Assembly: GCA_963762555.1 (NCBI GenBank)
Contig: CAVXLO010000033.1
Span: forward strand, 2,158-66,157
DNA length: 64,000 bases
From: an uncultured Verrucomicrobiae bacterium
Lineage (GTDB): Bacteria > Verrucomicrobiota > Verrucomicrobiia > Limisphaerales > UBA8199
Reading direction: 5' to 3'
The notes under the pieces were generated by a model. That model saw only the letters and a program-made list of their open reading frames with translations, did not search any database and was not told the origin of the DNA. The first letter of the stretch is position 1. Each line of letters opens with the position of its first letter. Below are positions 28,005 to 38,711 of this stretch, one piece after another. Position numbers and translations under genes: made by a program.

Positions 28005-29557
28005 TCGCGAATACCGGATACGCATTGAAACCATTGGGGATCCCGGTGGAGCGCAATCCGTTGAGAGGGCGCTTAATAAGACCGCGGGAGCGACTGAGAA
28101 CGCCAATAAGGCCACGCAAAGGCACTCAAGGGGGCTTGAGGAGATGCGTCGGATGTTCCTCGTGCTCGACGGAATGCTGCCTGGGTTAGGCGCGCTTCTG
28201 CAGGCTGTCTTTTCTCCGGTCGGCGCCGCAATCTCTATAGCCGTGATCGCTCTCCGCGGCTTTCAGGAGCACATGCGTAAACTGAATGACGAGTTCAAGC
28301 GCATGGAAGAGGAGGCGGCCAAGCCGCTCACCAACCGCCTGGAGGCAATGCGGGAGAGCGTGGTTGCTAACGCCGCCGGGCTGGCGGCGCTCGACGACAG
28401 GCTAACGGAAGCGGCGCGCGCGCAGCAAAGCCTCGCGACTGAGACCAACCAGGCCGTCGCGGCAATGCACGAACAGATGAACCAGGCGGAGGCCCTCGGC
28501 GAGGCGCAGAAGGGCACAGAGTTGTCAATACTGGAAAGCCTCCATAGCGCTGGTCTGATTAGCGAACAGCAGTACGTCGAGCAGAAGCTCGCCATCGAGC
28601 AGGCGTACTTGGAGAAGAAGCGGGACATGGAGGAGCGCCAGCAAAAGAATGAGAACACGATCCGCCGGCGCGCTCTGGAGCGAGCCGAAGGAGAGCAGCC
28701 GGCGCTGGTCAAAGCCGCCGAGGCAGCCGAGCGGAAACAAACCCGTGCGCTTGAGGATTTAGGCAGCCTGGACAAGGCGGGTATTGAGGACCGGCGCAAG
28801 GCGACAGCGAAGGCGCTGGCGGATTGGGAGCACGCAAATGACGCGAACGCGAAGCGATTTGAGGAGGTCGGGAAAAGCGCGACCGAGAAAGATTTCCTAG
28901 CCAAGGCACCAGCCTGGGGAATCACGCACCGGAATGCCGCAAGGCTCTTCCAAGGCAAGTATAAGACGTGGCAGGATTTAGGTCGGGCGGCTGTCAGTGC
29001 AGAGGGTGATTGGGAAAAGCTGCCACCCGAGGAGGCAAGGCTCAAGGTGGCAGCGGACAGGGCCACGCGCGAAGCTGCCACCGCTGCCCAGAGAGCCACT
29101 GACCAAGCGAAGTTCATCGCTGGCAGGGACGGGACTTGGAAGAGCGGCGGGAAATGCTCAATGCGCTGCACGATACGAACGAAGAAGTCAGTGAAGCCGA
29201 AAGGAGAACTAACAACCTGCAAGACCCGATTGGCCGGATCGCAACGCAAGAAGCGGGCAAGGCGGAGGCGACGGGGAGGCGATGAACGCGCCGGCCAGTT
29301 ACCCGCGAAGCTGCGGAGCAGAATGCGGGAAATCGCGATCCGCCATTTCCGGCCAGGAGGTCAATCTCCAAACAGCAGTGCAAATGATGCACTGGGCTCG
29401 CCAGAATAATGAGAACGTAGTGGCCACGGCCGTCAGACTCGCCGACGCGATGCTCAAGCTGACAGGCCAACACTCGCAACTCGCGCGCAAGGTGAGCGCG
29501 ATCGAGGCACGCATGAACAATTCGGGCAGCGATATTCGTTCGCTCCCGGGAAACTAG
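27994..29557 (+). pseudogene. ~520-aa coiled-coil protein with one hydrophobic segment (tape-measure-like architecture), 3 frame changes near the 3' end
   Basis: GTG start preceded by GGAGG. The TM-like segment is MFLVLDGMLPGLGALLQAVFSPVGAAISIAVIAL, followed by long heptad-rich E/A/K/R sequence. The plausible reading switches frame near 29125, 29280 and 29345 and ends at TAG 29555-29557. Confidence 0.5.
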
Positions 29558-29563
29558 CCATCC

Positions 29564-30055
29564 ATGAATACAACGAAACTTGAAGGGCCAGTGTCCAGCA
29601 CAGGAACCGATGAAGACAGCAGCTTGGTAGGGGTCGCCCTGATTATTACGCCGCCGTTTGAATGCACACTTCCCCTGGTCAGCATTTTCTGCGCGGCATT
29701 GGACGCCGGCGTTCGGGCTCGGGGCGTTGAGCCATGTTTTGGCGGAGGGCTTTGGGGGCCGTGGTTCGTCGTTTGGACCACGCGGGCGGCAGATCGCAAT
29801 GCGTGTCTCCGGACGATACAGGAAGCGCTGAGGGCGCTTGGCCTATGGGACCTCTGCGAAGTCGGCTTCTACGATAGCGCTGAGGGATATTGGAGGCCAG
29901 TCCACCCCCATGACGCAGCCCCCTTTGACCGCTTCTTGACGCCGGAGAACTTCCGGTGGGCAAGGGAAAACTTTGATCGCGAGATGCAAAAGCTCGGTCA
30001 GGACTTGGAATGGGCCAAGGGATTCCTGACAGCCGTCCAAGGGAGCGTCCGATGA
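29564..30055 (+). CDS. Hypothetical protein
   Basis: 163-aa ATG ORF starting 7 nt after the previous stop. No family recognised. Confidence 0.4.
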   Translation: MNTTKLEGPVSSTGTDEDSSLVGVALIITPPFECTLPLVSIFCAALDAGVRARGVEPCFGGGLWGPWFVVWTTRAADRNACLRTIQEALRALGLWDLCEVGFYDSAEGYWRPVHPHDAAPFDRFLTPENFRWARENFDREMQKLGQDLEWAKGFLTAVQGSVR

Positions 30056-30255
30056 ATCTCGCGACTGCTGCATTTACAGCCGGCCGTATCGCCGCCGGTC
30101 GGGGATGCGAGAATCGCGCGTATTTTGCCTCTGGACGATTTGGGGCATGTTGGACTAGCGGAATGTGCTTCCGGCTCGCCACAGAGGCGGCTAAGCGGCC
30201 ATTAACTAGCATTTTGAAGGAGGTCAGGAGAGTGATTCAGCGAACAGAACTGTAA
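30052..30255 (+). CDS. Small hypothetical protein
   Basis: ATGA start/stop overlap with 29564-30055. 67 aa. No family recognised. Confidence 0.3.
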   Translation: MNLATAAFTAGRIAAGRGCENRAYFASGRFGACWTSGMCFRLATEAAKRPLTSILKEVRRVIQRTEL

Positions 30256-30471
30256 ACCGAGACCATTGACGGGCCACATGAATGCAACGACGTTAAATCC
30301 AGAGAACTTTCGCCGCCAGCCCTAAACCCAGTCCGGGGAGTTCCGGAGGAGGTGTTCGGGTCTTTGGTGCGGCTCCCCCTGGGGAGTTGGAACGCTGGCC
30401 CGTCACCAGCTCCCTGGGCCTTTTTCTCAGTCATCTGGCGAGCCATCAACCGGCAATGGCGAGCACAAGGC

Positions 30472-32935
30472 ATGGCCCAATGGTTCAGCGAGGCCAGGCT
30501 ACACGGCGGCCCGGGTCGCCGCCGTTCTTGGCGTAACTCCGCGCGCCGTGCGCAAGGCCCTGCTGGACACGCCGGCCACCGGCGTCCAGATGGTCGCTGG
30601 AAATGAGGCCGCGACCTGGCGGGTCCATGGTCTGCCTCAAGGATTACGGAACCGCCTGTCCGAAGAAGCCCAGCGCCGCGGCTACCGCGATGCCGACTCA
30701 CTGCTGGCGGCACCTCCAACCCGATGGGAACCGCAATTGCCATTGGCCGCGATAGCGGAGCCCGATATTGAGGCCGCCCGCAAGCTCCGGGAAGCGTTGA
30801 GGCCCTCGCTCGCACAGCAGCACGATCTACGCTTATCCAGCGCCGAGCTGGAGGCCAAGGGAGTTGAGTCCTACGCGCGCGTATTCGGGCACAGGATTAC
30901 TTGCCGCTACTGGCGCGAGCTGTTCGCTCGCACGGTGCAACGAGATGGGGGAGCCGAAGATTGGAACCGGCTGGAGATCTATCTGCCGGGCAAGGTGTCA
31001 GCCAAAGACAAGCCAAGCCGGATAGTATCACAGGCCGTGGCGCAAATATTCGGCCAGCTCGAAAGCTACATCAATGCCTGCGGGAACCCGGCGAAGCCGA
31101 GCGAAATCGAACAGCGGGCTATCTGGCGGCACGCGCTCGAAAGATACGCGGGGCTCGTGAACAGCGGCACACCGGCCAAACGGGCGGCGCGCCAGGTGCG
31201 GGACTTCCTCTTTGTTAAAGCTCCGTTTCTGGCATCATCACGTAACGCGCTACTCAAGGCATTTGAGCGGAAGTGCCGGGCATGGGAGGAGTCCGCTGGC
31301 GACCCGAAGGCGCTACGAGATGGACGCGAGCAGAACGGGCAGCGCTTCGATTTGCCCGATGATGACCGGGACAGGCTGATTCATCGGGCCGTGTTTTATT
31401 ACCGTGGCGACGTGGCACCGGCCTGGCGGGATCTTCTCCGGGAAGGTTTCTCGGAGCCAGTTCGCCAGCGCTACGCGGGAAAGGCTGCCTGCAAGTCGCA
31501 CGTCCCCGCCTCCGTGATGGATTCAGTCTCGGCAGAAGTTGAGGTTCTGACGGTGATGCACCAGGGGCCGCGGGCATTCGACTCTATCACAGGGCACGTG
31601 GACCGGAACTATGAGGGCATCGCGTCGCTCAAGGCCATGTCCGCGGACGATTTTACGATGCCGGTGTATTACCATGTGCCGGATGGCAACGGCTGGTTCA
31701 CCCTGACTCGCGGGCAAATCCTGCTTTTCACCGACTTCCGCGCACTTCGGATTCTCGGCTGGTCCATGCAGCCCGACCGCAACTATAGCTCTCTGACCAT
31801 CCGCAGCCTTTGCACGCACGTCTTTGGTGAGCATGGTGTCCCCAGCGTGCTGCAGTTCGAGATGGGAATCTGGAAGTGCAGCACCCTGTTGAAGGGCCGG
31901 GACCCCGCGCCGTTTGAATTCACCGAAGTAGTGCAAGGGTTGCGCGAGTTTGGCATTCGATTTATACACTCAATCCGGCCTCGTTCAAAGACAGTCGAGC
32001 GCATTGGCGGGCTGGTTCAGGACCTGCTGGAAGCGGAGCCCGGCTACTGCGGCCGGAATGAGCGCGTGGACGCGCCGGAGTCGCTACGCAAGCAAATGGC
32101 CGAAGTGGAAGCGCGCAAGGTTCATCCGTCGCGCTATTTCTATTCCTACGATCAGTGGCACAAGAGGTTTGGGGAGATCGTTGACCAATACAACGCCGCC
32201 CCGCAGCAGGGGAAGATTCTGGGTGGACTGTCTCCAGACGAGGCTCTCGCAAAGTTTGCCGACGCTGATGATCCGCCGATGATGTTCCCGGCCGGGCTGC
32301 GCTATCTGCTCGCCCATGACAAGCGGCAGGTCAAGGTGACATTGAATGGCATCACGTTCCAAGTGGGCAAGGTGAAGTTCAATTATCGCGGGGCAGAAAT
32401 CGCGCACTTGGTCGGCCAAGACGTGTTGGCTTGGTTCGACCCCGAGAATCCCGAAGCCCTGGTAGTCACCAATATGCGTCGAAAGAATCCGATCGTCGTT
32501 GCGCGTTCCAATCCGGTCAGCGCGCTTGAATGTGTGACCGATCCTGATTCCGGTCGGCTCGCAGAAGAGCTGAGGCGCGTAGCCGGCCAGGCATCCTTCA
32601 TGAAGGCTCGGTTTACTGCGGTCAAATCCAAATACCCGATGCCCCGACGCGGCATGGTCGCTGACAGCGGCACAGCGGAGTTGGGCCAACAGATCGAACA
32701 GCAGAAGAGTGCGCGCAGTGAAAAGGCAGCGCGGATTGACCGGGTGCGTAGGCAGGCCACCAGGCTGGGCGTCTCGACTTTGCTGGTGGGCGACGACGAC
32801 GACACCACGGGAAGCTCTGGAGCTTATTCAATCATCCCGCCAGGAGCATCGCCGGCACAAAGATGCCAGCAAGCCCTATCAGTTGGACCCAGCCAAGGTC
32901 TTTACCCCGAAAGTAGCAGAACCCAACGGAACTGA
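30472..32935 (+). pseudogene. MuA/TniA-type DDE transposase (about 820 aa), 1 frameshift near the N-terminal HTH
   Basis: ATG 30472 (MAQWFSEA) joins the main frame (GYTAARVAAVLGVTPRAVRKAL = HTH) around 30495. The core has SADDFTMPVYY, LLFTDFRALRILGW and FEMGIWK. The Mu-transposase C-terminal barrel reads VKVTLNGITFQVGKVKFNYRGAEIAHLVGQDVLAWFDPENPEALVV. Confidence 0.75.
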
Positions 32936-32938
32936 AGA

Positions 32939-33425
32939 ATGAATACGAGATATGCACAGGCCGGAGAGCCGCCAAGCCAGAACCGCTATATGAGCAGCCC
33001 CGAGTACGCGGAGCTTCGCGGCGTCAATGCGGTGTACGTCAAAGAGAAGGTGGCCATCACCCCGGACCCCGGCAAGCGGAAGCTCCTGTGGTTTCTGCAG
33101 GCTCTCTCCCTGGCTGAGGGCGGATTGAAAACAGTAGCTGCTGACCTGCTTAAGCGCTTTCCCGGACCGGTTCGGAACGGCCACGATGCGAAAGATTGGA
33201 ATGGCGCCGGGGAGGATGGTGGCCAAGGAGGCTGCAATGGAGATATATCGGGAGATTGGTTTGGCAGACGCTCGCGAACTGGGCGACGAGACGGAGGCCG
33301 ATCGCCGCAGACCAGTGCCGGCGGAGAGCATCACTAGCTTCTGCGTGGACGTCGCTAGCGGCAACGAGCCGCGGGAGCCGGCGTTACGTGACTTTGCAGC
33401 GCTGCGAGCGCCCGCAGTCAATTGA
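32939..33425 (+). pseudogene. Small unknown ORF between transposase and ATPase, 1 frameshift
   Basis: The 32939 frame (MNTRYAQAGEPPSQNRYMSSPEYAELRGVNAVYVKEKVAI...) and the 33186 frame (...AKEAAMEIYREIGLADARELGDETEAD...) overlap. The stop lies just before the ATPase start. Confidence 0.35.
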
Positions 33426-33432
33426 AGAGCTG

Positions 33433-34634
33433 TTGGTGGATCTGTGCATCAATCCGAAGGTCGCAATACGGTTCCAGGAAGACACAGCGGAAATAATGGA
33501 ACTGGAAGACAACAAGGTAAATGCACAGTTTCCAGAACTCCGGGACGTAGAAATCCAACCTGCATCGCTGCCTTATTTCAGGGATGTTTCGGGGGCCTTG
33601 CTGGAATACAAGCGCCGGCGCGAAGCGGAGGTCAGGGCCGGATTTGCGCTGACCGGGATTGCCCGCAAGATATGGGACACCTTGGACTTTGGCTTAAAGA
33701 CCCGAAGCCTGGTGTTGGTGGATGGACTGAGGGGCGCGGGAAGACGCGGGCGGCAGAGGCATGGTCCCAGATGCATCTGGCCAACGCCAGGTATGTTAGC
33801 CTAAAGGGTATCAACTCCAAGACCGCAGCATTTCGTGAGATTGCCAAGGCCCTTGGGGTCGCAGCCAGCTATGCGCGCAAGGCGTCTGAAATGCAGGCGC
33901 GCATCGAGGACGTGCTTGAGCGCTCAAAGCTGATGCTGGTGATAGATGAGGCGCACTGGTTGTTTAACCAGAGCGCACGGATTTACACCCGGCCAGAATT
34001 GATAGACTGGGTGGTCACAGCGCTTCTCAACCGCAATGTGCCAGTGGCCCTTGTGACTACGCCCCAGTTCCTGGACTGCATGGCTCGGGCCATTGACCAG
34101 GTGGAGTGGAACCATCGGCAGTTCTTGCGGCGGGTAGCCCGGCGAGTCGTCTTGCCGGCTAAGAACAGCAGTAAGGATGTAGAGATGGTTGCCCGGGCAA
34201 TCTTCCCAACTGCCGGCAACGACATCATCAAGCGGATGCTCGGTTATGTCCGCTTGAGCAAGCGAGACCTGTCGGCGCTGGGAGATATTGAGCGGGAATT
34301 GCGATTTGTTCTCCAGCCCTCTGATCCAGGTGCCGTGGACCTGGCAACGGCTCATCTTACTTTTGAGCAGGTTGAACAGGTTATCGATTCTCACTTGGCT
34401 CAAACGGATGTTTCCTTTGCTCGTGATCTCGCTGACGTTATGGAGAAGCTGAAATCCAGGACCCTTTCCCCCAGAACACTTTCGGAGGCTCGCGAGCCGG
34501 TGCGCGAGCCGGTTCAGGAACGCGGCGCAGATGTGGAAAGCGACATCGGCTTCCGGGCACTGCCTCCGCGGGACAATGGCAACCGTATGCGATTTCGGCA
34601 ACCTGAGCCGGCACTGGCAGGGGTGTCAGACTGA
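33433..34634 (+). pseudogene. MuB/TniB-type AAA+ transposition ATPase, 1 frameshift at the Walker A motif
   Basis: TTG/GTG start at 33433/33436. LVLVDG (frame A) is followed by GRGKTRAAEAW (frame B) around 33735. Walker B is LMLVIDEAHWL. ...NVPVALVTTPQFL... is typical of TniB/MuB-like proteins. Confidence 0.65.
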
Positions 34635-34721
34635 GCCATTAAGCCTGGCCTAGCCGGCCATTAAAGGCTGGCGTTTTTCGCACACCCGCCAAATGGGTGC
34701 GTGATTTCCACGTACAGGAAT

Positions 34722-34764
34722 CTTGGAACTCGGAACAACCCCAATCCGGACAGAATCACCGCAG
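34722..34764. repeat. Right copy of the island-flanking direct repeat (20-nt perfect core 34745-34764)
   Basis: CTTGGAAC-N15-TCCGGACAGAATCACCGCAG-nTTTA, 61 nt upstream of the kinase start codon. Confidence 0.8.
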
Positions 34765-34824
34765 CTTTACACTGCGCCCATATTCATTTTGTCATTCCAA
34801 AGGGTCTCGGCTAGTCTGCGGGCG

Positions 34825-37800
34825 ATGAAGCCCAGATTCCGCCAGTGGCTCCGGTTGGGGCTGGTGGTCGTCTGCTGCGCGGGCCCCCGTGGGGAGATAC
34901 GCGCCGCCGGAGTCTCCGCAGCCGCCTTGAGCTACAGCTCCCGGCTTTGGCAAATGGAGGATGGCCTGCCGCATAACATCGTTCAGGCGATCACACAGAC
35001 CCGCGACGGTTATCTGTGGGTGGGCACACGCGAGGGGTTGGCCCGCTTTGATGGCGTCCGGTTCCAAACCATCGAGCTGGCGCCGAAGATCAAGCACCCT
35101 TCAGTGCTCTGCCTGCTGGAGAGCCGGGATGGGACCTTGTGGGTGGGCACGGAGAACGTGGGTTTGTTTCGGGCACAGGCTGGGGTGGTGTCACGCTGTC
35201 CGGCGCCGGGCGGGGGCCAATACTATGGCGTTTACGAATTGCATGAGAGCGGCGATGTCGTGTGGGCGGCGACCTCCGTTGGGTTGTTGAGATGGAGAGG
35301 GGGCGCATTGGAACGTGAAGCGGACTTCAAGAACCTGGTGGAGTCGCTGTGCGTGGACAGGAAGGGAGCGCTCTGGAAAGCCAGCGACGTGCTGTGCCGC
35401 GTGGACCCGCCTGCGACCACGAACTACACGCCACGGGTCGGCGCACTGCCGACAGACACGCGCAAGCTGTACTGCGATCCGGCGGGGGGCTTCTGGATGG
35501 CTTCGGGAAACGGGATTACGCGGCTGCGAGGACGGCATCGCGACGAACTACTGGAAGGCAAGCGGTCCGGCGGGCTTTGTGGATGCATTCCTCACCGACC
35601 GCGAGGGGCAGTTCTGGGTCGGCACTTATGCGGGCTTGAGCCGTTTCATGGACGGCCAGTTCATCAACGAAGGGGAATCGGATCAGCCCTCCTACCGCGT
35701 GTTCGCGCTCTTTGAGGACGCGGAAGGGACCTTGTGGGTGGGTTCGGAGGAAGGCCTGGCGCGGCTGACGCCTAAATGTTTCCGCACCTATACGCGGCAG
35801 GACGGGCTGACGCTGAACTCAGTAGTGTCAGTATGCGCCAGCCGGGACGGAAGCACCTGGGTGGGCGTGTGGGGCGGCGGGCTCAACCACTTCATAGACG
35901 GCCACATCCGGCCATTCGGGAAGGCCGATGGCCTGTCCACCGATTTCGTGATGGCGCTCTGTGAGGGGCACGACGGCAGCCTGTGGGTCGGAACCGACTA
36001 CAGCAACCCCCTCAACCGAATCCAGTCGGGCCGGGTCTCGCTCTACGGCAGGGAGCAGGGCTTGGTGCCCGCCACCCAGACCGCGTTGCTGGAGGACGAG
36101 GATTCCACGCTTTGGATCGGCACGCGTGAAGGTTTGCAGTCCTTCCATGATGGCGCCTTCAATCGCTACACGACGCGGGATGGCCTTAGCCACGACAAGA
36201 TCAACGCGCTTTGCCTTGGACATGACGGCACACTCTGGGTCGGCACCGGCGGCGGTTTGACGCGCCGGAGCGGAGGCCGGTTCGTTGACCTCTCGGCGGG
36301 CAATCCCCCGCTCAAGGCAAACATCCTTTCGCTCTACGAGGATGTGCAAGGGACGCTGTGGATCGGGACCCGGGGCGACGGGCTGCTGCGCTGGGCCCAG
36401 GGCCGCGCAGTCGGATTCAGCGTCAACGAAGGTTTGCTCAGCGATTCGATCTATTCCGTGCTGGAGGACAACCGGGGAAATCTCTGGTTGAACAGCAGCC
36501 GCGGGGTTTTCCGCGTCAGCAAGCAGGAGCTGGAAGCCGTGGCGGAAGGCGAGAAGGACCAGGTGAGCTCCATCTCCTACGGCAAGGCGGACGGCATCCT
36601 GGCCAGCGGCCAGTACCGCGAGGTCACGCAGCCAGCGGCGTGCAAGAGCCGGGACGGACGGCTGTGGTTCCGCACCACGCAAGGCGTCGCGGTCGTGGAC
36701 CCGGAGCAGATCAGGACCAATCGGCGTCCGCCCCCGGTGGTTATTGAGGAAATCATCGCGGACCGCAAATCCGTGGCGCGGCCCCTTCAATCGGGCGGGA
36801 CGGTCATCGTGCCCAAGGGCCGCGGCGAACTGGAAATTCACTACACCGCGCTGAGCCTCCGGGCGCCCGAGCGCAACCGCTTCCGCTACCGCCTCGAAGG
36901 CGTGGACCCGGACTGGGTGGAGGCCGGCAACCGGCGTTACGCCTATTACAACAAGGTTGCTCCCGGCGACTATCGGTTCCAGGTCATCGCCTGCAACAAC
37001 GACGGCGTCTGGAACGAGGCCGGCGCAACGGTGCGTCTGGAACTCGAACCGCACTTCTGGCAGACGCGGTGGTTCCTCGCCCTTTGCGTACTGACCACCC
37101 TCGGAGCGGTGGCGGGTTCGGTTACCTGGGCTACCCGTTTGCGGATGCGCCGCCAACTGCAGCGCCTGGAGCAGCAGCACGCCATCGAGCGCGAGCGGGC
37201 GCGCATTGCCCGCGACATGCATGACGAGTTGGGCGCCAAGCTCGCGCGGATTTCCTTCCAGGGCGCCACAGCCCGCCGTGCGTTGGACAACCCCGCCCAA
37301 GCGGGACCACAGATCGAGAACATGGCGCAGACGGCGCGGGAGCTGGTGTTGTCCCTGGACGAGATAGTCTGGGCGGTGGACCCGGAGAATGACTCGCTCG
37401 AAAACCTGGCCAGCTACATTTGCCGCCACGCCAGCGAGTTCTTCGAGAACAGCCCGGTGGCCTGTGAGTTCCTGATCCCGACCGCCCTGCCCCCCTGCCA
37501 CCTGCCCAGCGACGCGCGGCACAACCTGTTCCTGGCGACCAAGGAGTCGCTGACCAACGTGCTCAAGCATTCGCAGGCCGCGCATGTTCAGGTTCAATTC
37601 GTGGTTCGGGACGGCGAATTGGAGATCAGGATTGAGGATGACGGCATTGGGCTCGCGCGGCCGCCCGGAGCGGAGGCCGTCGGCGACCGGCCCAGGCGCG
37701 GCGGGCGCGGGCTGGCCAACATCCGCGAGCGCCTGGCGGCCATCGGAGGCTGGGCCGAAATCATCCCCGGGGACAAAGGCACGCGCGTGCGGCTCGTCGT

Positions 37801-37867
37801 GCCGCTGGAAACGCCTTGCGTGTCATCCATTCATACGACTCACCAGCAGCCATCCGCAGCCTCATAA
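34825..37867 (+). pseudogene. Sensor histidine kinase with periplasmic beta-propeller/Y_Y_Y repeats and a NarL-type (HisKA_3) core, 1 frameshift near 35531
   Basis: Signal/TM start MKPRFRQWLRLGLVVVCC. Repeated G..W.GT..GL motifs. TM segment WFLALCVLTTLGAVAG. H-box ERERARIARDMHDELGAKL. ATPase G-box GGRGLANIRERL. The frames join as ITRLR|DGIATNYW. Confidence 0.8.
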
Positions 37868-38541
37868 TGAAGAAGCGTCTCATGGTCATTAACGTCTGCA
37901 TGGTCGAGGACGACGCCGGGCTGCGGGAAAGCATTTCCCACTTCATCGGCGACACGTCGGGCTTTGCCTGCGTCGGCGCGTACGCCACCGCCGAGGAGGC
38001 GCTGGCGGCCATTCCCCGGCAGAAGCCCGAGGTGGTGCTGATGGACATCAACCTGCCCGGCATGAACGGGATTCAATGCGTCCGCAAGCTGAAACAAACC
38101 TGCCCCGGGCTGCAGATCATCATGCTGACGGTCTATGAGAACAGCGACCGAATCTTCGAGGCGCTCGCGGCGGGGGCGTGCGGTTATCTGCTGAAAAGCA
38201 CGCCGCCGGACAAGCTGCTCGAAGCCATTGAGGACGTTCGGAGCGGCGGCTCGCCGATGTCCAGCCACATCGCCCGGAAGGTGGTCCAGGCTTTTCAGCC
38301 GGCGTCGCGGAGGACACCCTTGACGGAGCACCTTGCTCCCCGCGAGCAGGAAGTGCTGGACCTGTTGTCCAAAGGCCGGGCCTACAAGCAAATCGCCGCC
38401 GAGATGGAGCTGAGCATGGGCACCATCCGCACCTACATTCGCCGCATCTATGAGAAACTCCACGTGAACTGCCGCACCGAAGCCGTGGTGAAATACCTCG
38501 ACGCCACGGGTTCCAATTCGCGCGGACTCGCGGTTCGCTGA
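37867..38541 (+). CDS. NarL/LuxR-family response regulator
   Basis: The receiver has DD, DINLPGMNG and a conserved K. The C-terminal LuxR HTH reads LAPREQEVLDLLSKGRAYKQIAAEMELSMGTIRTYIRRIYEKL. The ATG overlaps the kinase stop (TAATG). Confidence 0.9.
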   Translation: MKKRLMVINVCMVEDDAGLRESISHFIGDTSGFACVGAYATAEEALAAIPRQKPEVVLMDINLPGMNGIQCVRKLKQTCPGLQIIMLTVYENSDRIFEALAAGACGYLLKSTPPDKLLEAIEDVRSGGSPMSSHIARKVVQAFQPASRRTPLTEHLAPREQEVLDLLSKGRAYKQIAAEMELSMGTIRTYIRRIYEKLHVNCRTEAVVKYLDATGSNSRGLAVR

Positions 38542-38711
38542 GCTTCGGGACGCTTGCACCGCGCTTGCCATGCCTTCAGCCGACTCTGGAGAGAAAGCGA
38601 ATGCCAACCCGAGTCCTGCCACGAGTTGAGCAGGGGCAAGGTTCACTGCGGCGCAGATAAAGAACACTTGGATTATAAGACCTAGGAACCGCCTCCGCGC
38701 CCAGTAGGAAC

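Noticed and set aside
21334-34800. Classical tRNA-integrated genomic island, with attR as a partial tRNA-Val copy.
   Set aside because: By eye I could not find a copy of the tRNA 3' half (GGTTCAAACCCTCTATCGCGCACCA) near 34.6-34.8 kb or elsewhere in the window. The island is instead bounded by an unrelated 20-mer.
35828-37597. 589-aa ORF on the reverse strand. Similar long antisense ORFs lie at 21314-22462, 28263-29249, 37840-38727, 42378-43421, 49234-50559, 50697-51512 and 55625-56671.
   Set aside because: Each lies entirely antisense to a gene with clear family motifs. The translations are Arg/Gly/Pro/Ala-rich and low in complexity, as expected for stop-poor antisense frames in high-GC DNA.
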